A stretch of DNA of 64,000 bases from Podarcis muralis. Taxonomy: Eukaryota. Of the stretch, positions 22,426 to 36,012 are shown in pieces. Each line of letters starts with the position of its first letter. Within the stretch, counting starts at the first letter, position 1. Position numbers and translations under genes: made by a program. The DNA lies in the NCBI RefSeq assembly GCF_964188315.1, contig NC_135656.1, positions 107,198,001 through 107,262,000 on the forward strand, read 5' to 3'. The notes under the pieces are model-generated. The model was not told where the DNA came from, ran no database searches, and saw only the letters and a list, made by a program, of their open reading frames with translations.

Positions 22426-22815
22426 GACCATAAAGAAGGCTGATCACCGAAGAACTGATGCTTTTGAATTATGGTGCTGGAGGAGACTCTTGAGAGTCCC
22501 ATGGACTGCAAGAACATCAAACCTATCCATTCTGAAGGAAATCAGCCCTGAGTGCTCACTGGAAGGACAGATCCTGAAGCTGAGGCTCCAATACTTTGGC
22601 CACCTAATGAGAAGAGAAGACTCCCTGGAAAAGACCCTGATGTTGGGAAAGATGGAGGGCACAAGGAGAAGGGGACGACAGAGGACGAGATGGTTGGACA
22701 GTGTTCTCAAAGCTACCAGCATGAGTTTGACCAAACTGCGGGAGGAGGTGGAAGACTGGAGTGCTCTGGTCCATGGGGTCACGAAGAGTCGGACACAACT
22801 AAACGATAACAACAA
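22426..22815 (+). mobile_element. RTE-BovB 3' fragment, right arm only
   Basis: FELWCWRRLLRVPWTART..SILKEISP..SLEGQILKLRLQYFGHLMRR; ends aacaacaa; empty site in the left arm at ~20780. Confidence 0.92.
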
Positions 22816-23820
22816 GAAGAAGCCTAGAGTAGCAGCAAAAACACTCGACCAAAAGGGGTTTAGCATTTCCTAATGGAAAATGTTTTTAACCATGCTGCAA
22901 TCTAAACTATTGGTTTACAAATTCTAGAATGTCAAAATTGGAAGAAGATGGCCTACTCTCTGCAATTAGAGAAAACCCACCCCTTGGTGTACTGTGGCGG
23001 TGAAAACCTCTTGACAATAATCATAAATGTAATATCTGAAAATATCTATTCAATGTAGAGAAAATTTAGGAGCACATCAGGAACATGAGAGCCTACTGGA
23101 TCAGGTCAGAGGTCCATCTAGTCGTCTCACAGATGCCTGCGGAAAACTAGCAAGTACAAGAGCACTTTTTCCTCCTGCAACTTCTAGAAACTGGTATTGA
23201 CAGAGGATGTAGAAAATAGTCATTGTGACTAGTAGCCAATGATAGCTTTAAAAGAGGGTTGGAGAAAAGCATGGAGGACAAGGCTTTATAGGTTGGTGGC
23301 CATCACTGCCTCCTGTGGGAGCAAGCGCCAAAATTTATATATGCGCTTTGAGGAGAAATAATTTCTTTTATCTTTCGACAGCCAGCTTCATTTGAGGTCC
23401 ACCAGTTTTGGCATTATGGGAGAGAGAGAAAAGGGGGCATGAGCTAGATATGAGATGAATGTCCTGCTGCAGCACTACCATCTCCTGTCTGCTGTGGTGC
23501 CTATATATCATAGTAATCTGTGAATAAAATATTTTGGTAGAAACAGAAACCTGAATTGGAGTACTCTGTCAAGAAGCAAGGGCCAGAACAGAAAGAAAGA
23601 TAAATTTATTTATTTTCAACATCTCCACCCCACCTTTCTGTAAATTTCTGTAAAAGTTCTGTAAATTTCAATAAAACAATATTACAGCATCATAATATTG
23701 CAGTAATCATAACAGCAATAAAACATTCACAAAAGAAACATTCATTAATATAGGATCTAGAAAAGCGACAAATTCCCACAGGAAGGGGAGTCATACAGAT
23801 GATTTATGAGAGTTATTTTA

Positions 23821-24813
23821 TTATTTAAAGATAAGACTGAGCTGCTGAATAAAGTTAGGAGCTATTGGGATTCTCTTCATTACCCTTGCAAGAGCTTTGT
23901 GTACCTCTTTGTTCCTCAGGGTGTAGATTAGTGGATTTAGCATGGTGGTGACAAATGTATAGAAAAGGGAAACCAACTTGCCCCGGTCACGGGAGTAGTT
24001 GGACGGGGGCTGGAGGTAACTGAAAATGGCTGTCCCATAAAAGAGTGACACCACAATCAAGTGGGAAGCACAGGTGTTGAAGGCCTTCTGCCTGCCTTCA
24101 GCTGAGCGGATCCTTAACACAGCTGCTACAATGTAGGCATAAGAGATGGTGATCAAGCCCACTGGTAACAGAAGGATGACCACACTGGCAAAAAAGAGGA
24201 CAGCCTCATTGAGTGAGGTATCCCCACAGGCCAATTTGATAAAGGCAGGCACCTCACAGAAAAAATGGTCTATTCGGTTCTCTCCGCATCGTGGAATCCT
24301 AAATGTCAACACGGTCTGCACTAGTGAATTGCTGAAGCCACTAACCCAGGAGATGGCAGCCATTGTGAAGCATAAAGAATGGTTCATAATGGTAGTGTAG
24401 CGCAGCGGATGGCAGACTGCAGCATATCGGTCATAGGCCATGACAGCCAAAAGGACACATTCTGTGGAGCCCAAAGCAAGGGAGATGTACATCTCAGCCA
24501 CACAGCCGCCATAGGAGATGGACTTGTTTTTCCTCCAGAAGCTCACCAGCATCTGTGGTCCGAGGCTGGTGGTGAAGCAAAGATCAAGGAAGGAGAGGTT
24601 GCTGAGGAAGAAATACATGGGGGTGTGGAGATGGGGGTCCAGTCGTGACACCACAATGATGGTTGTGTTTCCCAACAGGGTCATCACGTAGCAGATCAGG
24701 ATAATGGCAAAGAGCAGCATTTCTAAGCGTGGGCGGTCAGCCACTCCCAGTAAGATGAATTCTCCTTGGTAGCTTTGGTTGCCTTCTTCCCATGATGCTT
24801 CCCTGTACATCAT
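23821..24813 (-). CDS. Olfactory receptor, family 2-like (OR-C), intact, extended C-terminus
   Basis: All OR motifs present; acceptor ttacag before ATG ATG at 24813; tail RIPIAPNFIQQLSLIFK. Confidence 0.96.
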   Translation of the reverse strand: MMYREASWEEGNQSYQGEFILLGVADRPRLEMLLFAIILICYVMTLLGNTTIIVVSRLDPHLHTPMYFFLSNLSFLDLCFTTSLGPQMLVSFWRKNKSISYGGCVAEMYISLALGSTECVLLAVMAYDRYAAVCHPLRYTTIMNHSLCFTMAAISWVSGFSNSLVQTVLTFRIPRCGENRIDHFFCEVPAFIKLACGDTSLNEAVLFFASVVILLLPVGLITISYAYIVAAVLRIRSAEGRQKAFNTCASHLIVVSLFYGTAIFSYLQPPSNYSRDRGKLVSLFYTFVTTMLNPLIYTLRNKEVHKALARVMKRIPIAPNFIQQLSLIFK

Positions 24814-27800
24814 CTGTAACATCAAGGAGACCTTAATGAATCACAGACAACCAGCAAATGGAAGCAATAGTTATTTGGCTGGGAGATTGTGCTTTCTCCA
24901 AGAATCATAGAGCTATAGAGTTGGATGGGACCCTGAGGATCATTTAGTCCTACTCCCTGCTGTGCAGGAATCTCAACTAAAGCACCCATAACAGATGGAC
25001 ATCCAACCTCTGCTTAAGAACCACCAAGGAAGGAGGGTCCATCACCTCTCATAGGACTTCCATACTTGGACTGGCACTTGAGCTCCAGCCTCTAAAGTTT
25101 TGCTCCAAGTTATACTTAGTGGGCTGCTGTCATCTCCATACCTGGAAAAGCTGTGCTGGACGGCACAATGGGGATGCAATGGAGGCAGCCTTCAGTGCCT
25201 CTAGGTAGGCTTGATGACTCAGTAGGTTACAGTGCTCCAGTTGGAGAACAGCCCTTACCAAAAGTGCTGTGGACTTTGAAGAAGCATGAACTCAGGGCTA
25301 AGAGGAAGGCATGTATGGCAAACCTTCACCATGATCAACTCCCACCCGGAAACCTATGTCTCCACCGTTGAAGGACGTGTGGATCTAGGAATTGGCTTCC
25401 ACAGTCACTTATAGACTCACTGTTAAGACTGTTTTTGTGGAAGACAATCTTACTTGGCTACGAGTGATTGCCAAAGAAGGTTAGAGTGTGGTGCTGACAA
25501 TGCCAAAGTTGTGGGTTTGATCCCCATATGGGACAGCTGCATATTCCTGCATTCCAGGGGCTTGGACTAGATTTCATTTCATTTCCATTTCAATTTTAAT
25601 TTGCCTGCCCCCTTTCTATATTGATATGCACAAGGCGGTTTACAAGCTGAAGAAACCACAAAATAGACAGCAAAGATCGCACACCTAATAACAATCTGAC
25701 CCAATGCAAAGAAGCCATAATAAAAACATAACTTTAAAATAAACAACTTACATCAAATATAGCAATATTCAATAAGTAAACGGCAAACTTAAATATCAGC
25801 AAATAATAATTAAACAGTTTACACTTAACAATTACAGTGGTACCTCTGGTTACAAACTTAATTCGTTCCAGAAGTCCGTTCTTAACCTGAAACCATTCTT
25901 AACCTGAGGTATAACTTTAGCTAATGGGGCCTGCCGCTCCGCCGGTGCGCGATTTCTGTTTTCATCCTGAGGTAAAGTTCTTTACCTGAGGTGGTACTAC
26001 TGGCTTAGTGGAGTCTGTAACCCGAAGTGTTTGTAATCCAAGGTGTTTGTAACCCGAGGTACCACTGTATAATAAAGATTTACTAAACTATAATCAATAA
26101 AAATAATGGCAACTCACAATGCATGAAAGATCAGAAAACCATATGAAAGGATCAAATTGAGAAACAAGGACACACAGCTTTTAAAATTATTGGCCTTTAA
26201 TAGATGGTCCTGTGGGTCCAACTCTACAATTCGATGATTCTATGAGCCCTCACTAGTGTTCAATTTCATTCAACAGAGTTTTCCTCCACGCATGTTCGAA
26301 TCATCTCCCAGCTTGTTTCCTTACCCTTGATTCTAGAGCAGGGCAGTCCAACCTTTCATACCAAGAGGGCCACAAGAGAATTTTGACACAGAACCCACAA
26401 GCTGCACACTGCCTTGCCATGCAGGGCAGGGGAGCGAGGCCAAGATTTGAGGGGGTCCCTCCTGCTGCTTTGCCAAAGCCAGAGAAGCGAGGGCTGGGCT
26501 TTGGGAAGGAGGCACGATGCTCCGACAGCATCCTAGAACCTTCCCCCTTCTTCCTAAAGCTGGAAAAGCACTAATTGGGCTTTGGGAAGGAGGCAGGGGG
26601 ACCCCAAGACCCTGTCAGAGCCCTCTCTCCGCCTTTGCAAAGCCCAGCAACTCACTTATCCGGCTTTGGGAAGGCGAGGGCTGCAGTGGTGGGCAGCATA
26701 CGGTGCTGAGGGCCGCCAAAAAAGGGCTTGAGGGCCACGTGTTGGACCACTCTGCTCTAGAGTATGCTAGGGATCCAAGCGAGAACCACAAAGTGGGAAA
26801 GGCGATTGTGTCAACCTTTAGAAGACATCTGAAGGCAGTCCTATATAGGGAAGTTTTTTAAATGTTTAATGTTTTATTATGTTTTTATATATGTTGGAAG
26901 TGGCTTGATCAACCCAGTCAGATGAGCAGGATATAAATAGCAAAACTGTTGTTGTTGTTGAATAGGACGCCCCTATTTTCACTGGAGAAATGCTGGAGGG
27001 TACATGAAAGGGACCACACGCAGTGATCTTTATGTTGTGATCTTTAATAAATGTACCCACAACCCTGAGACTGAGTCTCATGCTCTACTGAGAGCATTCT
27101 CCTCCAACTGCTGCTATCCAACACTTTCCCGTCCTCAAAACTGGATATTGCCTATGCTTTGAAAATCCAAGTACGAGAGCTGCATTGATTTAGGGAGGAT
27201 AAAGTGTGGGACAGCAACAGTTGGGGAACAATGCTTGGATGTAGGGGAATTGAAGGAGGCACAAGCAGTTCACATTCCACATTAAGCCAAGGTATGGGTG
27301 GACCCTTAATTACGTTTCTGCCTGTTGTCATAATTGTAAAGTGCTGTGGTAGAGGCTGTGTGGTTTTTAATTGCATTTTCACTGTTTTAATTTCTGGCGT
27401 TCTATTTTGTTGTGTTACAAATTGCATTCCATAGAACAAAAGTACAATTATTCATATACAATATCTATATGTATATCAATATACCATATTCATATTCATT
27501 TATATTTATGCAATATTCATATTTAATACGAACAACCCCACAGAGCACCTGAATGAAGCTTGCAGATCTCACTGGTGGAGATTCACTGTTCTTATGGATT
27601 ATGTTACTGGTTAAAAAAACCCAAGAGATCAAGGGGAGACAACTGTCTGTATTGCTAGTCCTACTCAAAGTAGACCCACTGATGAATTTCATTGGCTCTA
27701 CTCTGAGTAGAACTTAGTTGTCTGCAATCCAATTTGACAGTTTATGGGGGCAAGAAAGCTGTGGGGTTTTGTTTTTCCCCTCACATACGTTTAAAGAAGA

Positions 27801-27924
27801 TTGGAAAATGTTTACTGAATATATGGGTGAAAATTGTGTACATTTGAAAATGTTGGCAGTATTAAGGGAAGTCATTGATATTTTAAAGTTGTTTAAATGA
27901 ATATTCTAAAATATGAAATTGTGT

Positions 27925-27947
27925 GTGTGTGAGAGAGAGACAGAGAC

Positions 27948-27998
<51 letters not shown>
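27925..27998. repeat. (GT)n(GA)n microsatellite (paralog at 40924-40988)
   Basis: Direct observation. Confidence 0.9.
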
Positions 27999-28000
<2 letters not shown>

Positions 28001-28909
28001 ACTTTTACTTAAATGATTCATAAGCAAGTCAAGGGTGCAACTTAAACTAATCAGGTTTTCTAATAATGACAGTAAACTATTCATCATAGTCTCAGATTCT
28101 GAAGAGCTCCGAAACCAACATTTGTCTAAACAGGCAACAGCAGAGCAAGTGAAATTCAGGCTAAGGCTAAAGTGATGCATACCAGGGAAAAGGGGTCTGA
28201 ATTTCACAAACATGCTAACGCTGTCTGAATGGGGCTGTGGGCTCCCAAGGTTTTCCCAATACATCCTGGGGCCATATCAGAAAGCTCACTTATTATATCA
28301 GTGTGCTGTAATGAATAAAAAGAGAGAGACAAAACAATTCAGTGCCAGTAATTATTAGGAAAGGGACTGAAAATAAAGGAGCATGGTGATAATGATGATT
28401 TAATCAGTGAATCACTTCCTATAAAGCATCTCAAAGTGATTTAATATGACATGGATTAATATGCCAAGCTTTCAACCCGTGGACTTCCTATGGGCTTATT
28501 TGGGTTTTGTTATGGCTTTTTAAATGTGTTTTTTTGTGGGTGTTATTGGTTTGTCTTTGGTTTATTATGTACTGGTATTTTGTATTCTCATTTTGTGTTC
28601 TTATGTTGTGAACTGCCCTGGGATCTTTGGATGAAGGGCAGTATGCAAATTCAACTATAATAATAAATACTGAAAACTGTGTTTTGTTCTGCTTTCCGAC
28701 TCTTCCACAGTTCTGTAGAACTGAATGAGGTGCAGAAAAAGATTACTGGAAACAATACAGTCAAGGAATAGAGCAACTTCAAACAAGGAATGTATAAGAA
28801 AGTTGTGGGGTGGGGGAGCTCAGAAAGAAAAACCAACTGAGGACACTTCTAGAGGGGTGTGTTATTGCATGTGTCTTCTGCAACGTGTTATTGACCCAGT
28901 AACAGTGAA

Positions 28910-29257
28910 TTAAAGGGACCCCTGACCATTAGGTCCAGTCGTGACCGACTCTGGGGTTGCAGCGCACATCTCGCTTTATTGGCCGAGGGAGCCGGTGTAC
29001 AGCTTCCAGGTCATGTGGCCAGCATGACTAAGCCGCTTCTGGCGAACCAGAGCAGCACACGGAAACGCCGTTTACCTTCCCGCTGGAGCGGTACCTATTT
29101 ATCTACTTGCGCTTTAAACTGCTTTCAAACTGCTAGGTTGGCAGGAGCAGGGACCGAGCAACGGGAGCTCACCCTGTCATGGGGATTCGAACCGCCGACC
29201 TTCTGATTGGCAAGTCCTAGGCTCTGTGGTTTAACCCACAGCGCCACCCGCGTCCCC
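28910..29257 (-). mobile_element. Sauria SINE (paralog at 41903-42246)
   Basis: Full body, head GGGGACGCGGGTGGCGCTGTGG on the minus strand. Confidence 0.92.
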
Positions 29258-29725
29258 CCAACAGTGAATTAGTAATGGATTTATCCTGCTTTAGGGCTTG
29301 TCCACTGCTTTCTCCTGGGGAAAACTGCTCTTTCTAGGCAACGGACAAGCGGAAGTGTCGATGAGCCCCCAGTTCTGCGATGCTTCCCCAACGCTAGCGT
29401 GTTATTGCTGTCCACATGCAGCAGGACAAAAGTAAACTGGAAAAGCTGTGGTATAAAAAGTTACAGGGTTTCAGCAGCATGTTACAGGTTGTGCACTGCT
29501 TGGGAATTATATGACCATCTGAAAACTTCTGCAGGCAGAAACAGTATTAAAAGTGGGGTTGGGTATGACCGCTCAGAGAGCACCATGAGGGCAAATCAGA
29601 ACAAATATGCATTAAAGAGTTTTTCTGGGGAGGCAGCTGCAAAAGCCTATTGGCACAACATTTTGCAAAACCACAAGGACTGGAAACTTCCGGCAGGAGT
29701 AAATAAAGCAAATTACAGTACTCAC

Positions 29726-29806
29726 CTCTGCATGAAGGAAAAGGCTGCTTCCCATAGATCGAAAGACATAAACTAAACGCCACTTAATCTCAGCTCTCCT
29801 TTTCAT
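29726..29806 (-). other. Candidate upstream coding exon of OR-C
   Basis: MKRRAEIKWRLVYVFRSMGSSLFLHAE|GTGAGT, phase 0. Confidence 0.45.
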
Positions 29807-31629
29807 CTCACGTATATTGGTACTCTAGTACAAAGTTATTGTTCTTTCGCTGGGTCGGGCCCTTCCTAACCTCACTTCTGTCTTCGTAACAATCACCTTC
29901 CCTTCTTCCACTTCTTTTCTCGTGTGAGGACTAAGGAGACAACTTTTGCTTCTATTCCAGGGATGAATCCGTTGCTCTGGTTTTTCTCCTGCTACTTGTA
30001 CGAAACCAGAGCAGTCAGCTTGTCTCGGGGCTTCGCTCCCATCAACAGATGCACTCTGGATAGGCTTTTATGGTCCGGAAGCTATGGCCAGAGATCACAG
30101 GCTGTGGCAGAAGTTGGATTGAGGGAGAGGCTGGCAGCATGGAAGGAGAAAGTCAAGCAAAGAGAAGCAGACAGGTGTGGAGAGGTACAAAGAGGCAGGC
30201 AGGCAGGCAGGCAGAAAGATGGATGGTAGATGTGGAATATGAAGAAAGGAAATGCTATGTTCGCAGGAAAGAGTCCAAGGATTATAGACTATAATGAATT
30301 AAATGTTGATGTGTTTACTTGTGACAGAAAAAAGAGGTGAGAGAAAGGAGTTGAATGCAGTTAGAAGTTAGATGGGAGGAAGCGTCCATTCTTTGTGTGT
30401 GTGTTTGTGGTGGGAAAGCGAGAGAGTAAGATCTGGAGACTGGAAATAGATATGAATATAGACTATCAGAAAGCTTGGAAAGATAGCTGTAGAGCCTCAG
30501 AGATTAAATAAAAGGGAGAAGCTGGATCTTCCCTCTCCCAACTTGTCTACTTGACCCCAGCATCGTTGCTATTCTGGCTGAGAATTGCACCCCAACTACA
30601 TGTACCTAGAGACCTCCCACAGCTTAAGCCTACTTCTTGCAGGGCATTGGAGGGGAAGGAAGCTGGCTTTATGGGGATCTTACTGAAGAAGGGGCTGTTG
30701 TTGCTGCGTCTCCAGAATCTAATGGACAATGCAAGGAAGTTTCCTGCACATCACGGAGCCTCAGGGAATCAAACTTCAAGCTGAACAATTAGAGGCAGGC
30801 TCCCTATTAAGACATGCAGTCCCAAAGGCCAGCTGCCACTCGCATGACATCCTCAGGGAAGGCGACTTTCGTCAGAGTTCTTTCATCATTTGCAGAAGTA
30901 CTTCAAACTGCTATAATTGTGCCCAAGTTGTGAATCTTGTGTTACAAGTTCAGCAAAGTTATGAACTGTTAGTTTATTGATTCTTCGTTTTGGACCCTTT
31001 ATGTTCTTCTTCCTTGATGTCGCTTTTTGGTTTGGCGACTATTGGTGGTAATCCAGCCAGAAGTGCGGGGTAGAAATAAAAGAACAACAACAACAACAAT
31101 GTTTTCTGATATTTTTAATGCTTGTTTTCATAGTTCATAAGGTGCTTTGAGCTGCTGCTTTTGGGAAGGGGAAAGTGGATCTGATTTGCTCCTGTGGTCT
31201 ATACAGTAGATTACTAATTTTTAAAAATGCTGTCTGATTCTGTAGGAAACTGTAGCTCTGTGAGGAGAACAGGGGTCTTCTAATAACTTTCAGCACCATA
31301 AACTTAGGGTTGCCATACGTCCGAAATTTCCTGGACACAGTCAGTATTCAGTCCTTGTAAACAGCGTCTGGGTAGAAAATCACTGAAATGTCTGGGAAAG
31401 TCCGGATATGCGGCAGCCCATGTTGGTAGTGTAGATTTTGGCGATTTTCATTTTTTTAAAGATTTTGCAAAAAAGGCGGGGTGTTGAAATATGGCAACCC
31501 TACTTAAACTACAGCACCCAGCATTCTTTGAGTAAGCCATGGCTGTTTAAAGTGGTATTCAAGGTAAAGGGACTCCTGACTGTTAGGTCCAGTTGCGGAC
31601 GACTCTGGGGCTGCGGCGCTCATCTTGCT

Positions 31630-31867
31630 ATCCCTGAAGCCAGGAGAGCAAGAGGGGTCGGTGCGCACCGACCCCTCTTGTTCTCCTGCCTTCAGTGAAA
31701 GCAACACGAAGCCTCCGGAGCACAGCGGGAGCGCTCCTGCTGCGCTCCGGAGGCTTCGCGTTGCTTTCGCTGAAGCCATGGAGCCTGCATCTGCTCCATA
31801 AGATGCACACACATCTCCCCTTACTTTTTAGCAGGGGAAAAGTGCGTCTTATAGAGTGAAAAATGCG
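31630..31867. mobile_element. Right end of a CCGTA-family MITE
   Basis: Ends gcgtcttatagagtgaaaaatgcgg+ta; matches 5356-5614. Confidence 0.75.
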
Positions 31868-31869
31868 GT

Positions 31870-34800
31870 ACTAAAGAACAGTTTACATGCACTTGAATTT
31901 GGACTTGGACTTTTAATTTGGAAGTACATCTTGGATTTATATAAAGTTGGACTAACTCTTACTTCCCACCACCTTTGGGAAAAGGAAAGGACAGGACTGA
32001 AGAGAAGTATATGCTTTTATATTAATTTTATATGTCAGCTGGATTGGGAATGGTCTTGTTTGATTGATCTGATTTGATCTGGAATTGTTTTGCTTTTTCT
32101 GTTTTTTAAGGGCCTGGGTGTGAGAACTGTTATTTTTGTATTTTATAGATTTGGTGTGATATCATTTTATGCTTTTTCCTTTGTCTGTTTTTGGATTATT
32201 TTATGCTTTTCTTTTGTCTGTTTTTGGTTTACTGTCTTGAGGGATTGCTAGGAGATGGAAGGTTGTTTAAAGGGAAATAAAAATTTCATGGTTCAGTGTG
32301 GGAGTGGGAAAATATCTACACTTCTGGGCTGAGCCAGGAAATGCAGAGTTCAAAACAAGAGTGCCGAACTGTGGGAAAGACTGCTGGCCTAGATATGGTG
32401 GGTAAGCAAGATGCAGGAGCGGTTACTAGGAAATCTGCTATGGAGAAAAGATGTGCAAGTGTGCAAGAGGAGACATTAGAAAAAGTAGGGAAAGCAGAAC
32501 ATACTGATTTCCTAACACAACAGTTTATGGAATTTAGGAAAGAGATGGTTCAGACAATGAAAGGTTTTACTCAACAAGTGCATATGGATATGGAGAAATC
32601 TAACAAATTATTGACAGAACAAGTGCCTAGGAAGTCATAGGGATGTGGAAAATTCCAACAAGTTGTTGACAGAACAATTTGGAAAATTAGGCAAAAAGGT
32701 CGATTATTTAGAAACTAAAGTTGACAAACTGGGGGGGGGGACTACTGAGGAGTTAGGGCACTTGAGGGAGGAACAAAAAGCAGTTATGGGGACGGTGGGA
32801 GGACTACAAGAGAAGCAAAATGAGTTGGAAGATCAAATCCTCCTTTTATAGTTAAGAGAGAGAGACAGGACAGTGAGAATAAGAGGCTTACCAGAATCAG
32901 AGACAGAACAGAATTTAGAAACATATGTTACACAGACAATTGCAGAATGGATGGGGGAGAGGCAAGACTGGATGGCAGAAAAGTTGGAGAGCTGTTTTGG
33001 AGTAAGGACGAGAGAAAGTAGACTGAAAAGGCAGCCAGGAGATGTCCTATTAACATTAGCTTCAAATCAAATGAAGGATGCAATCCTTCAAAAACGTTTT
33101 GAGGACAGTATCGTGGTTGCTGGACAGAAAGTTGACATTTTAGGGAGATTCCATTGAAATCGAGACTTAGGAGGCACAAGTACCGGTTTTTAGCAACAGC
33201 ATTGAAGAGGGTAGACATCAGGTACAAATGGGAATACCCAGAAGTGATCTCATTTACATTCATGAAAAAGAGATACAGGTTGACAACAGAATACTAAGCC
33301 AAAGAATTCTTTGAAAAACATAGGAGAGACTTAGACCCTGGACATGACACAAGAAGAGACCCAGTAGCAGAACAAAGAGCTGCTTTGGAGCGGCTGCCAT
33401 TGGAATGAGCAACAGGTGGAAAAAGAGATATTGTAACTGACTCTGAAAATGGCTAATCTTAAAATATTGAGTTGGCATGTTAATGGCTTGAACAGCAAAG
33501 CCAAATGTAACAGGATTCAACATGTAATTTTAAAACAAAAGTTGGATATAATTTGTCTTCAAGAAACACACAGTGCAAAAAAAGCATAAAAGAGTTTTAA
33601 TTAATAAAAAATTAGGTTTGGACTTCATCTCGGCAGATAAGGCAAAAAAGAGAGGAGTAATTTTCTACATTAATCCTGCGCTAGAACCCAAATTGATTCA
33701 GAAGGATGAGAAAGGTAGAATTTTAATAATACAAATAAAAGTTCAGGGAGAGAAGGTGATTTTGGTAGGAATTTATGCCCCCAATGAGAAAAAAGCAGTG
33801 GGTTTTGTTTTGTTTTTAATGGAAACAGAACTACTTGAATTTGCAGATCAGAAGATGATGTTAATGGGAGATTTAAATGGAGTTTCATCATTAGAAAAAG
33901 ACAGATCAGCCAGGAAAAAAGAGACTAAAGAAGGCAGTTTAAAAAAGACTTTTTTTGATTTGGCGCAAACTTTGAACTTGATAGATATATGTAGAACAAG
34001 TCATTGGTTTGACAAAGAGTTCACTCATTATAGCCATGTTCATGATAGCAGTTCAAGAACAGATTCTTTATGGATTTCCAAAGAGTTGGAACCTTGAGTT
34101 TAAAAAATTGAAATTAACCTCAGGAATTTTTCAAATCATAATTCCTTGAAAATGGAAATACAAAAAGAAAGTCATATTTCATTTAGATGGAGATTGAATG
34201 AAGACATCGATGATCAAAATTTTATGGAAAAAGTTAAAAAGGCCTTGAGTGATTATTTTGAAATAAACATTCAAGGACAGACAAAATTGCAGATGGTCTG
34301 GGATGCAAGTAAGGCGGTAATGAGGGGATTGTTTATACAACAAAATTCATTTTAAAAGAAACTGAAAGAAAAAGGGGAAAAGAGATTTTAGTTGAAATTG
34401 CAGATAAGGAGAAACAACTGTCAAAGAAAGCAAATAAAGAGTCAATTCAAGGGGATCAGAATATTACAAGCTCAATATTCTATGATAGTTAATGAATAAA
34501 TTAGTTGGAAAATAGAAAGAATGAAACATAAATACTTTGAGCATGCCAACAAATCAGGAAAACTGCTAGCGTGGCAGTTGAAGAAAAGTGAACAAAGAAA
34601 GTCCATAAACAAAATTAACATAAATGGAAAGATCACAGATAAGATGAAGGAAATAAGAGCAGCATTTGTAAAATATTTTTCAGCATTGTATAGGAAGGGG
34701 AAGGATTTTTTCCCCAAAATAGAGGGATATATTAAAATCAGTAACTTGCAGAAAATAAGAGGAGCAAATGGTGATCTTAAACACCCAAATAACAGCTCAA

Positions 34801-35254
34801 GAAGTGTTGGAGGCAATAAAGTGGACAAAAAACGGCAAGTCTCCAAATCCAGATGGATTAACTGCAAAGTATTATAAAAAATTAAGTGAACAGTTGGTAA
34901 ACCCATTGAAAGATGTTATGAATGAGATTTTAAATACAGGTGAAATCCCAGAAACATGGAAATTACAGTAATCCCAAAACAAGATTCAGATTTGCTGCAA
35001 ATTAAAAATTATAGGCCTATCTCATTGTTAAACAATGATTATAAATTATTTGCAAACATTTTAGCTAGCAAAAAATATTAAATGAGTATGTACATCAAGA
35101 TCAGACAGGATTTCTTCCAGGTAGATAAATGAAAGAGAATATAAGAAATATCCTGAATGAAATAGAATATCTGGAGGTCAAAAATGAAAACAAAGCAGCA
35201 ATGATGTTTATAGATGCCGAAAAAGCTTTTGACAATGTTTCTTGGAATTTTATG
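31870..35254 (+). mobile_element. L1-clade LINE 5' part (5' UTR, ORF1, ORF2 endonuclease and start of RT), degenerate
   Basis: ORF1-like RIRGLPESE; ORF2 from 33449 (MANLKILSWHVNGLN..IICLQETH; NYRPISLLNNDYK; IDAEKAFDNVSW). Confidence 0.92.
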
Positions 35255-36012
35255 TCAAGAACATGATAGCCTACTGGATCAGGTCAGAGGCCCATCTAGT
35301 CGTCTCACAGATGCCTGTGGAAAACTAGCAAGTACAAGAGCAATGTATCCTCCTGCAACTTCTAGAAACTGGTATTGACAGAAGATGTAGAAGATAAGTC
35401 ATCGTGACTAGTAGCCAATGATAGCTTTAAACGAAGGCTGGAGAAAAGCATGGAGGACAAGGCTTTATAGGTTGGTGGCCATCACTGCCTCCTGTGGGAG
35501 CAAGCGCCAAAATTTATATATGTACTTTGAGGAGAAATAATTTCTTTTATCTTTCAACAGTCAGCTTCGTTTGAGGTCCACAAGTTTTGGCGTTATGGGA
35601 GAGAGAGAAAAGGGGGCTTGCGCTAGATATCAGATAAATGTCCTGCTGCAGCACTACCATCTCCTGTCTGCTGTGGTGCCTATGTATCATAGTAATCCGT
35701 GAATAAAATATTTTGGTAGAAACAGAAACCTGAATTGGAGTACTCTGTCAAGAAGCAAGGGCCAGAACAGAAAGAAAGATAGATTTATTTATTTTCAACA
35801 TCTCCACCCCACCTTTCTGTAAATTTCTGTAAATTTCTGTAAAGGTTCTGTAAATTTCAATAAAACAATATTACAGCATCATAAGATTGCAGTAATCATA
35901 ACAGCAATAAAACATTCACAAAAGAAACATTCATTAATATAGGATCTAGAAAAGCGACAAATTCCCACAGGAAGGGGAATCATACAGATGATTATTGTGA
36001 GATTTTTTATTA

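Larger units (their letters stand above)
22295..31630 (-). repeat. Right arm of the inverted segmental duplication
   Basis: Reverse complement of 12520-20915 with indels; ends inside a shared Sauria SINE at ~31562-31627. Confidence 0.93.
23077..35254. repeat. Tandem duplication unit 1 (~12.2 kb: OR-C block plus L1 5' half)
   Basis: 35255 onward restarts the sequence found at 23077 (tcaggaacatga...); L1 34848-35254 recurs at 44551-44970. Confidence 0.88.
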
